A model generated the notes under the pieces. That model was not told the DNA's origin and made no database searches. It saw nothing but the letters and a program-made list of their open reading frames with translations. Positions 38,412 through 46,745 of a DNA stretch of 46,745 nucleotides are shown piece after piece. Within the stretch, counting starts at the first letter, position 1. Every line of letters starts with the position of its first letter. Location: contig CAZSWP010000027.1 of the NCBI GenBank assembly GCA_964610875.1, positions 1 to 46,745 of the forward strand, given 5' to 3'. The translations under genes were made by a program, and so were the position numbers. Source of the DNA: an uncultured archaeon (GTDB taxonomy: Archaea; Asgardarchaeota; Thorarchaeia; Thorarchaeales; Thorarchaeaceae).

Positions 38412-41400
38412 TCAACTTCCTGGTTTCCTTATCACATATCTCCAGATAACAAACATTGTAATCACTAACGAGGTAGCAGTTACCACTCCTAAAATTATCA
38501 ATCCAGTAAATAATGGTGCTAACATCTCACCAAAAATCTCAGTGAGATTGACTTCAGTTGTTACAATGGTTGAATCTGTGTCCGTTGTGGTTGTTGATGT
38601 AGTTGTTGTACTAGTTGTTTCAGATGTTATTGTAATATCGACAAAATGAGATGCCATCCTACTCCCAGTATCAGTCAATGTCAAGGAGAGGTTGTGGCTT
38701 CCAACAGGTAGTGCGTCAATATTTATGCTGATATTAGAACCATCCCAATCTCCATAATCAATAACATAGTCATTTCGAGTGATTGAATAACTCATTGGAT
38801 TTTCGTCAAAACAAATCCATTCAATCCAGTTTCCTAATATCCCTGATTGGAAAGTGACCTCTGTTGGTCCTGATATGGTGGGAACAATACCCTCAGAGAC
38901 TGAAACAAACACACTATCAGAAGCTATGTTGTTCGATGTGTCAGTTATTTCCAGAGTGATGTTATATATTCCATCGGTGAGTTGGTGAAGCGCGAAAGAA
39001 TAATCTGTGAAATCACAAGTACCATCATCTACTACCGTCTCATCAACATAAAGCGAATATCTGTAAGAATATGACTCTTCAATATTCCAGGATAACAAAG
39101 ACAGTGTATCGCCTTCTTCAATCTCCAAGTCTGGTGGAGAACTTATTGTTGGAGCGTTGCTATCCACAACAACTAGTGTGACGTAGTCAAAGCATGTCTG
39201 GCCTAATATATCATAAAGGACGATTGTTAGGTTATACTCACCAATATCAATATTGGCCAAGTAAATCGTCAAATCGCCACCAAGCCATTCATTCTGCATA
39301 AAGACCGTGTCATTAAGATAGAGGACATAGATATCTGGATTATAATCATACGCGGTCCAAGTTATACCAGTCTGAATGCCATGATTGATTATCATATAAT
39401 CAAAATCGCTTATTGTTGGAAGAATTGTATCCAAAACGGTTACTATTACTTGGTCACTTTCCCAGTTCCCACCTTCATCAATAACCCGAAGTGTGAGATT
39501 ATATATTCCAAGTCTTAGATAATCTGTGTTATGCTTGATATCACTAGACAGCCATAGTCCCCATTCTACAACTGTACCATTTCTAATTATTTCAAATGAG
39601 GCAGGATAGAGATCAAATGCGGACCAATTAATCCAATGCCCTTTTGTACCACTCTCATAACCTATGTCGCTTTCATCGCTAAGAACAGGTTTTATTGTGT
39701 CTACAACTGTGACTGAAACTGAATCTGTGGATTCAAGCCCAGCAGAATCATTCACATGAAGTGTAAAAGTATGTTCACCTAGAGGGAGGCCATCCACAGT
39801 GAAATTTACCATACCACTAATCCATATTCCCTCGTCGGAAACAGAACCATTGAATTCTATGAAATAGTAATCTGGATTGAAATCTGACGGAGTCCAGTTA
39901 ATCCAGTTATTTGTTGATCCTCCTTCATAGCTGAAATCAGAAGGAGAATCAATAGTTGGATAGGTAGTATCAATAGCGGTTACAATCACACTATCATTAG
40001 CGCTATTTTCCGATCCATCGTAGATTATCAGCGTGTAGTTCCAATCACCAAATTGCAAGGGAGGTACATCGAAGATAACAGAACCGGAATACCAATCATC
40101 TGTAAGAATCTTCGAATCATTTTCATATACTTCATAATAATAGGGATACGCATCGTTTGTTTGCCAGGTAATGGAACGACCTGTCGAGTTTGATTCCACA
40201 ATGATATCACTTGGTTTGTCAAGAGTCGGTGATATTACATCTGTCATTGCTAATGGATAATAATCAACATCTCCAGCAGACCCGAGGATTGGGTAGTTCC
40301 CTACACCTCCATAATCACTCCATTTGTTTCCAATCGTAGTGAAATTCCAGTAATTACTACCAGCATTACTCTCGGCATTTTGTTGAGAATTCCACGCAAT
40401 GGTATTATTGAAGATATAATTGTCCAATGTATCTGTACCATTGAACTTAATCCCACGGTCATTCAAGAATATTTTATTACCGTTGATTGTGTTGTTCGTT
40501 GACCAAGTTCTAGCAAGAATTCCATACTCGGCGTATTTGATTGTATTATTTGTGAAGGTACAATTCCAAGTAATATCATACATATGAATGCCTATTTCAC
40601 TGACGAATATACTGTTGTTCACTACTTCATTGAAGAAGCTTTCTTCTGAATAGATCCCAACTGACTCTATTCCCAACGCATCTATTAGATTATTCCTAAC
40701 TAGATTTCTATAGTTGTTACTTTCCATCGTAATCCCAGTTTCACAGTTGTAGAATTGATTATTGGTGATATTACTATAACCTGCAGCACAGAAGACACCC
40801 TCAACTAAATCATATAACACTGAATTGTTAAACGAAAAATGCTGTGAACTGCCTATATATGCGCCTTGGCTAATGCCGATAGAATTTGGTTTCCCATAGA
40901 ATGTACAATTTTCTATGTAAATCCATTCACTGGAACCACCACAGTAGAATCCAACGTTTTGCCATTTCGTTATGTCAAACGTACAATTCGTTAACGTGAA
41001 ATTGTAACTACTATGTGAAGCGAAACCTCTAATGATATTATCCACAAACAAGCAATCGGAGATATTGAAATTGTATGATTTCTCTACAAAAAGTCCTTGT
41101 CCTTTTCCAGAGAATGTACAATTATGGATTCTGCCATTAGTAACATTATTAGTATAGAAACCAATATTTTCTACATAACCAGATGTATCATTTTCATTGA
41201 ATACGCAATTTTCAAATTCGAAATAGCTTCTTGTGTCCTTCATATATACAGTGTAACCTGTCGAGGTTATGTTGACACCTTCAAGTCGATAAGGACTCTC
41301 CTTTGTTCCTTCTCCTGAGAAACCATAATCTGTGAAATTCTCTTCATACTCAATCCAAATGATAGGATGTTCAACGAGATCGCTGTAAACAGCATCTGAT

Positions 41401-41516
41401 TTAACCTCCAATGGAATATTTGTACTATGTACGGAAACTGTATCAGAACACAGCATTAGTATAATAAAACAACTTATGAATACACACAGGAAAAATCTCG
41501 GTTTATCCAAGTCCAC
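38412..41516 (-). CDS. large surface protein: beta-helix (NosD) domain, tandem Ig-like repeats, Thr stalk and C-terminal TM
   Basis: GNKWSDY; about six repeats of P.I..P.D..YE.G.....I.W...D..P..Y.....G.W......G.YN.TL...D. Confidence 0.88.
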   Translation of the reverse strand: MDLDKPRFFLCVFISCFIILMLCSDTVSVHSTNIPLEVKSDAVYSDLVEHPIIWIEYEENFTDYGFSGEGTKESPYRLEGVNITSTGYTVYMKDTRSYFEFENCVFNENDTSGYVENIGFYTNNVTNGRIHNCTFSGKGQGLFVEKSYNFNISDCLFVDNIIRGFASHSSYNFTLTNCTFDITKWQNVGFYCGGSSEWIYIENCTFYGKPNSIGISQGAYIGSSQHFSFNNSVLYDLVEGVFCAAGYSNITNNQFYNCETGITMESNNYRNLVRNNLIDALGIESVGIYSEESFFNEVVNNSIFVSEIGIHMYDITWNCTFTNNTIKYAEYGILARTWSTNNTINGNKIFLNDRGIKFNGTDTLDNYIFNNTIAWNSQQNAESNAGSNYWNFTTIGNKWSDYGGVGNYPILGSAGDVDYYPLAMTDVISPTLDKPSDIIVESNSTGRSITWQTNDAYPYYYEVYENDSKILTDDWYSGSVIFDVPPLQFGDWNYTLIIYDGSENSANDSVIVTAIDTTYPTIDSPSDFSYEGGSTNNWINWTPSDFNPDYYFIEFNGSVSDEGIWISGMVNFTVDGLPLGEHTFTLHVNDSAGLESTDSVSVTVVDTIKPVLSDESDIGYESGTKGHWINWSAFDLYPASFEIIRNGTVVEWGLWLSSDIKHNTDYLRLGIYNLTLRVIDEGGNWESDQVIVTVLDTILPTISDFDYMIINHGIQTGITWTAYDYNPDIYVLYLNDTVFMQNEWLGGDLTIYLANIDIGEYNLTIVLYDILGQTCFDYVTLVVVDSNAPTISSPPDLEIEEGDTLSLLSWNIEESYSYRYSLYVDETVVDDGTCDFTDYSFALHQLTDGIYNITLEITDTSNNIASDSVFVSVSEGIVPTISGPTEVTFQSGILGNWIEWICFDENPMSYSITRNDYVIDYGDWDGSNISINIDALPVGSHNLSLTLTDTGSRMASHFVDITITSETTSTTTTSTTTTDTDSTIVTTEVNLTEIFGEMLAPLFTGLIILGVVTATSLVITMFVIWRYVIRKPGS

Positions 41517-41554
41517 ACATCCGATTTATATCAAAATATATTACAGTCCACAGG

Positions 41555-41640
41555 GTGCCTTTGAAAACAACCAGTGGGATTAACCGTTGTGTTCATTGGC
41601 TCATTAAATCTCTTTCTGATTTTATTATAATCAAAGGCAC
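41555..41640. repeat. 10-bp perfect inverted repeat in a divergent intergenic region
   Basis: GTGCCTTTGA (41555-41564) and TCAAAGGCAC (41631-41640). Confidence 0.6.
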
Positions 41641-41690
41641 AAAGAGTATAAGGCTAAAATCAAATCATAAGGATTGAACAAAGAAATCGC

Positions 41691-43172
41691 TTGGTGAGAG
41701 GAATGGTAGAGAGTTCTCAGATGGACACAATTCTAGACCGTCCACGGGCATTGAGATACATTGGTCTAACGCAGATACTCTTTGGTGTATTTGGTCTTCT
41801 CGCAACTATTGGGCTTGCTGTTGCCACATTCTTAGGTAATCCAACACTCGTAGGAGTTGGATATACATATGCTACTGTCATTTTTATTGGAGTAGCCTTG
41901 CCTTGTTTGGTAATCGGTAACTATGTTGATGATCTCCGAAGAAATGCCGTGATTGCTCAAATAATCTATAGCACTCTAGCTGTAATCTTAACAGCATATT
42001 TCCTCTATGTTTTTGGAGTTGTATATCACTGGACGTTCCCGTGGTTTGATACGACTTTCGATGTTTACATAGGAAATCTGGCTGCTTCAATCCTCTTCGT
42101 ACAGGCAGTCTTTGCAAGTTACCTCATTGTTAATTGGAGGAAGGTTGTGCCGCCACGTGGTACAAAGATTGAGAGAGACAAATCAGAAGCAAGAAGAATA
42201 GAAACAGGCTTTTCTCCAGCACCATATCACGCAACCATTCTTGCACCCGATGGGGAAACAGAACTCTCTTATGAAGAATCAGAAAGAATCCTTCAAATTA
42301 GAAAACTAGAAACAGAGGAGGGTATGGCAGTTCTTTGCTCCAACTGTGGTGGGGCAACACCTCTCGAAAAAGCAAATGATGACAATACACTCAATTGTGA
42401 TTTCTGTGGTGTTCGATTAGCATTAAGCAGTGTCTTTGTTCCATGTATAAATCATCCTGAATACCTAGCAGCTACTTCCTGTGCTGTCTGTGGAGAGCAT
42501 TACTGTCGCAGGTGTTTAACAGTTCAAGAACCCCCTGTAGATGAGAAATGGGAAGGATCTGCAGTTTTTCTTTGTCAGAAATGCTTTGAAGGTAGGTACA
42601 GACCCGCAGTTACAACAAGTTCACTTGTAATACCAATTGACAAGCTATTCGGTCAAGCAAGTGGTAGATTTTCAAAACTAGGAAGATTATATGCAAGCTT
42701 TCTTGGAAAGTATGCCGCTGCGATGAGATGGGTATTGGAATTTGGTTTTCATTTCATTGGCAGATTGGGAAAAAGTGGAGATGGTTTCAGTAGCTCTGGT
42801 GGCCTTAGTAGTGGAGGCAGAAGTGGTGGTGGTGGTGATGACGCCTGTTCAGGTCTTCTAGTCATTATCATTATTATCATTGCAATACCAATAATTGTTG
42901 CATTACTTATGTTGGCAGCAGGTATAGTAATCATCCCCATTCTATTCTACGCCGGACTCATGGGTGTAGCATATGAAGCAATTAAAATCATGAGGCATAC
43001 TGACTTTGTCACACTTGATGAAGCCCGTGAGAAAGGAGTTCTCAAGAAGAAAGTTTTCGATAAACGCGAGTCGAAACTCCGTGAGGACACACGGTCTTGG
43101 GAACAGCCTGGAAGAAAACCCGTTCGTAGATACAAGACTGGTTATGGTGAGGTATACGAAAGGAGGATATAG
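41691..43172 (+). CDS. membrane protein with Zn-ribbon and B-box-like zinc finger
   Basis: Four N-terminal TMs; CSNC..CDFC; CINHP..A...CAVCGEHYCRRC..CQKC; Gly-rich linker; C-terminal TM. Confidence 0.8.
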   Translation: MVRGMVESSQMDTILDRPRALRYIGLTQILFGVFGLLATIGLAVATFLGNPTLVGVGYTYATVIFIGVALPCLVIGNYVDDLRRNAVIAQIIYSTLAVILTAYFLYVFGVVYHWTFPWFDTTFDVYIGNLAASILFVQAVFASYLIVNWRKVVPPRGTKIERDKSEARRIETGFSPAPYHATILAPDGETELSYEESERILQIRKLETEEGMAVLCSNCGGATPLEKANDDNTLNCDFCGVRLALSSVFVPCINHPEYLAATSCAVCGEHYCRRCLTVQEPPVDEKWEGSAVFLCQKCFEGRYRPAVTTSSLVIPIDKLFGQASGRFSKLGRLYASFLGKYAAAMRWVLEFGFHFIGRLGKSGDGFSSSGGLSSGGRSGGGGDDACSGLLVIIIIIIAIPIIVALLMLAAGIVIIPILFYAGLMGVAYEAIKIMRHTDFVTLDEAREKGVLKKKVFDKRESKLREDTRSWEQPGRKPVRRYKTGYGEVYERRI

Positions 43173-43174
43173 AA

Positions 43175-43999
43175 ATGTTCGAAGGATCTATCCTCTGTCC
43201 TGTTTGTGGCGGTAAGGTCACGGTTAGATTCCATGATGCCGTGAATACTTGTCTTTACTGCTCAAGTCCCATACTTGGTCCAAGTCAAGAACGGAATTGT
43301 GTCAACCATCCAGACCATCTAGCAGATGGTATCTGTCATGTATGTGGAGACCTTGTCTGTGAAGAATGTCTACAAAAACGTGCAGGTACATATGGAGGAA
43401 AACTATTCACAGTCGTAAATTGTACAAAAGAAGAGTGTATTAAGGAAAGTGAATGGGCACCACTAATCAATCCTCGTTATCAGGAACTAGCCAATATGGA
43501 TTGGGCAGATCAGCTTGATAATTCGATTCTAAGAGTTTGTGGTTTAGGCGCAGTCTTGATGATGATCTTTGAGTTGATATTCATTATCAGCATGCTTGGA
43601 ATACAGTACTTCACACCATGGGGTACTGCTACACCATCGAACATTCCGTACATATTCTTTAGAGGAGATATGGTCATATTCCTTAGTCTTGTTGGAAATC
43701 TAGTTTCAGCTTTACTCTTGCAAACTGCTCTTCAGGTCTATGTTCACGAACGACAACTTGGAGCAGGAATCATGTTGCTGGTATTCTTGGTACTAGAAGT
43801 ATTCTGGCTTCTCTATAGGGGATGGTTCTTCAATCTACTGTCGTATCCCGATAGATGGTACCCAACATTTCTACTTGGTTCATTCCTTATGGCCACACTC
43901 TTGGTATTTGTTGGGTCGCTGATGGCAATTCGAAATGGTTGGAAGAAGCGGAACCAGTTGATAGAGGCACGCAAGACTCTTGGTCTAGTTGAAGCTTAA
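43175..43999 (+). CDS. membrane protein with N-terminal Zn-ribbon and B-box-like zinc finger
   Basis: CPVC..CLYC; CVNHP..A...CHVCGDLVCEEC; four TMs. Confidence 0.8.
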   Translation: MFEGSILCPVCGGKVTVRFHDAVNTCLYCSSPILGPSQERNCVNHPDHLADGICHVCGDLVCEECLQKRAGTYGGKLFTVVNCTKEECIKESEWAPLINPRYQELANMDWADQLDNSILRVCGLGAVLMMIFELIFIISMLGIQYFTPWGTATPSNIPYIFFRGDMVIFLSLVGNLVSALLLQTALQVYVHERQLGAGIMLLVFLVLEVFWLLYRGWFFNLLSYPDRWYPTFLLGSFLMATLLVFVGSLMAIRNGWKKRNQLIEARKTLGLVEA

Positions 44000-44006
44000 C
44001 TGTCTA

Positions 44007-45758
44007 TCAACTTGCATCGCTAGTATCAAAGAGATCGATGAAGCGGAAACGTTCCACATCAACAAGTCCTTTGTCAGTTATCTTCAGCTTTGGAATGACA
44101 GGCAATGAGAGGAATGCCATGGTCATGAAAGGCTCCTCCAATGGACTTCCTAGACCCTCAGCAGCTTCTCTCAAAGTTATGAGTTTCTCACTAACTTCTT
44201 CAATGGGTTTATCCGACATTAATCCTGCAATAGGAAGTGGTAATGAAGCTAAAATCTCACTGTCTTTTACTACAGCTATACCACCCTGCATCCTAACAAT
44301 TTGCACTGCTGCTTGAATAAGGTCGTTATCATTTGTAGATACCACAACGATATTGTGACTATCATGTGCTATAGATGATACAATAGCACCCTCTTTGATG
44401 CCAATGCCTTTGACAAACCCAATACCTCTTGGTGGAGAAGCATTGTGTCTTTCAATTATTGAAATCTTCAGAATATCTTTATCAATATCAGAGCATGCAA
44501 AACCATCGACTTCATGGGTTTCTTCAATCAATCTTTTAGTTACAATCTGTCCTGGAATCACTCCAATTACATTCATATGATTTGCTTTTGCTTTCAATTG
44601 GAAATCATCTGGTTCTAACCATTGTATGTTTACAGACCTTCGTAATCGTGGTTGTTGGTCAACACCAAACTCGCCAACTAATTTTCCATCTTTCGCAACG
44701 AGAGTTCCTTGTTTAAAGACCATTTCCACGCCAATCTTCTCTAGTGAATCAAGCACTACAAGGTCTGCATGGAAGCCAGGTGCTACCGCTCCTATGTATT
44801 GCAGACCATAGTGCCTAGCTGTAGAGTATGTGCACGCTTTAATTGCCAAAACAGGATCAAGACCATACTCAATTGCATCTCGAATAATACTGTCCATATG
44901 ACCCTTCTCTAGCAAATCCAATGTGTTTCTGTCGTCAGTCACAAAACTACAAAATAGAACGGTATCGGGGTTAACAATACCAACCAAATCCTTGAGGTTC
45001 TTAGCTGTAGATCCTTCCCTAATGTGGATATGCATCCCCACCGCCAACTTTCTCTTTGCTTCTTCCAAAGTTATTGCTTCATGTTCTGATGTGATTCTCG
45101 CTGCAGCATACGCATTAAGATCATATCCATCAATCTCAGGGGCATGTCCATCAATACGTTTTCCCATAGAGAGTGTAACCCGAATTTTTTCAAGTATTTC
45201 TGGGTCCTTGAAAATGACACCAGGATAATTCATCGCTTCTGCCAGACCGAGCACGTAGTGCTCCGTCATCAATGGCTTAAGGTCCAGAAAATCAAGAGTG
45301 ACACCATTGGTTTCCATATCAGTAGAAGGTACACATGAGGGTAACATGATATAGAATTCCAATGGTCCGCCGCGCATACTTTTTGTCATGTACATTATGC
45401 CTTCCATACCAAGAACATTAGCAATCTCATGAGGATCTGCTACAACAGCACCTGTACCATGTGGAACAACTGCTCTTGCATACTGTATCGGCATGACCAT
45501 TGAAGATTCAACATGAACGTGTCCGTCAATAAATGATGGGGCAACATACTTGCCTTTCAAATCATAAGTTATGTTTCCCACATAATCTCCTACACCTGCA
45601 ATGAATCCGCGATGTATGGCAACGTCACCTTTATCGATATTACTTGTGAAGATATTGACAACATTGGCATTTTTCAAAACTATATCAGCACGTGTTCGTC
45701 CTGATGCAACATCAATCATCTGGTCAAGTGGATATTCATCTGTGCGCGTTAGGAACAT
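44007..45758 (-). CDS. ade: adenine deaminase
   Basis: FIDGHVHVESS, DPHEIANV, PSCVP, LAEAMNYPGV, DGHAP, IREGS, TDD, AHDSHN, LPLPIAGLMS, LSLPVIPKLKITD. Confidence 0.96.
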   Translation of the reverse strand: MFLTRTDEYPLDQMIDVASGRTRADIVLKNANVVNIFTSNIDKGDVAIHRGFIAGVGDYVGNITYDLKGKYVAPSFIDGHVHVESSMVMPIQYARAVVPHGTGAVVADPHEIANVLGMEGIMYMTKSMRGGPLEFYIMLPSCVPSTDMETNGVTLDFLDLKPLMTEHYVLGLAEAMNYPGVIFKDPEILEKIRVTLSMGKRIDGHAPEIDGYDLNAYAAARITSEHEAITLEEAKRKLAVGMHIHIREGSTAKNLKDLVGIVNPDTVLFCSFVTDDRNTLDLLEKGHMDSIIRDAIEYGLDPVLAIKACTYSTARHYGLQYIGAVAPGFHADLVVLDSLEKIGVEMVFKQGTLVAKDGKLVGEFGVDQQPRLRRSVNIQWLEPDDFQLKAKANHMNVIGVIPGQIVTKRLIEETHEVDGFACSDIDKDILKISIIERHNASPPRGIGFVKGIGIKEGAIVSSIAHDSHNIVVVSTNDNDLIQAAVQIVRMQGGIAVVKDSEILASLPLPIAGLMSDKPIEEVSEKLITLREAAEGLGSPLEEPFMTMAFLSLPVIPKLKITDKGLVDVERFRFIDLFDTSDAS

Positions 45759-45875
45759 TTCTTGTCACTTCCGAAATTTAAGACATCACACATGAAAAGG
45801 GTTTCTTAATGGATATAATATCCTAATTTTCTTGAATAGATTCATGTGAGAATGCAATTCCAATGATAAAGAATG

Positions 45876-46745
45876 TTATGAGCTGCTCCTTCGATGGAAT
45901 ACCTGAATAATGACTACTGTTACAATAATAGCACCTACAGCACCAGCTGTAGCAAAAAGAGGAAAGAAATCTGTGTTAGCTGTATCTGTGCTGTTTGTGA
46001 CAGAATTGGCTGTTGGTCTAAATATGTAGTCATCCCGAGCAGTTAGAGTCAGATTAATATTTTCATCAAAAAACGTGATTTCAAAAGGACCACTTACGAC
46101 CATATCTTCATAATTCTGTTTCATGCTCAAAGAATCAGTACCTGACAATAAAAATGGCAGTTCTGAATATTTAGGCACGATTGGGCAATACGATAGACGA
46201 TATACATTCCAAAAAGATTCTGTTTCGTAATTAAGGGCTATTGTGAAATCATCTATTGCAAATGCATTAATGAAGTGTGTTTGTATTCTATAGTAATTAG
46301 ATAGAAAATCGTTCATAGTTTCAATCGAATAAATAATATCATCAGCTAAAATACTTGAACCATCCGAGAAATTCAAATTACCTAGAATATCAACTTTTAG
46401 TTGTGATTGCCCTTCAGGTATATTTTGGTCATCACTATGTGTTTCTATGATATAGTCCTCTACCATCCAAGGTACGAGCTCCGAATCAGGTCCAATTCTG
46501 AACAATGTATCGTATAATAGATATTCTATTTTACTGACAAAATCGGCTTCAAACTCGTAATCTGTTACACCGCACCGAAAGCTGCCGCCAATTGGTACAT
46601 CTATTGATGGTTTTAGATGTATCTTCTGATAATTCCAGAATGAATCGAATGGATACCAATCAATACTTGAAAACCCCTCAAAAATGTCATTCCTATATCC
46701 ATTGACAATCTTGTATTGATATAATGGAATGAATGGAACAAAGTC
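45876..46745 (-). CDS. ABC-type peptide substrate-binding protein (family 5), C-terminal part, membrane anchored; 5' end outside the window
   Basis: Frame is open from 46745 (VPFIPLYQ...YDTLFR..P...VPW...FSDG..I.ADDI.YS...PIVP...SGPF); C-terminal TM. Confidence 0.75.
   Translation of the reverse strand, partial: DFVPFIPLYQYKIVNGYRNDIFEGFSSIDWYPFDSFWNYQKIHLKPSIDVPIGGSFRCGVTDYEFEADFVSKIEYLLYDTLFRIGPDSELVPWMVEDYIIETHSDDQNIPEGQSQLKVDILGNLNFSDGSSILADDIIYSIETMNDFLSNYYRIQTHFINAFAIDDFTIALNYETESFWNVYRLSYCPIVPKYSELPFLLSGTDSLSMKQNYEDMVVSGPFEITFFDENINLTLTARDDYIFRPTANSVTNSTDTANTDFFPLFATAGAVGAIIVTVVIIQVFHRRSSS

Overview
AT-rich chromosomal window with no recognisable rRNA, tRNA, CRISPR array or transposase. 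The gene content points to an Asgard archaeon, most likely Thorarchaeota. This is an inference from a longin-like 'DPQILSGF' protein, large NosD/beta-helix and DNRLRE surface proteins with Thr-rich stalks and C-terminal anchors, an archaeal-type thioredoxin, and a methanogen-type mvhD-fdhAB operon. Housekeeping and metabolic genes: MFS and DMT transporters, SDR, M3 and S9 peptidases, isoaspartyl peptidase, NAD-dependent DNA ligase, adenine deaminase and GT87. Several decayed genes are also present. Best leads: (1) a longin + winged-helix protein with NPRL2/GATOR1-like layout directly behind a CheY-like receiver, near two degenerate histidine-kinase-like proteins; (2) a tightly coupled pair of membrane proteins sharing a Zn-ribbon + B-box cassette; (3) an mvhD with no ATG/GTG/TTG start (ACG/ATT after GGAGG) below a tandem palindromic operator-like site; (4) an HTH-Mrr protein lacking the catalytic motif. 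All family calls come from reading motifs by eye, not from database searches.
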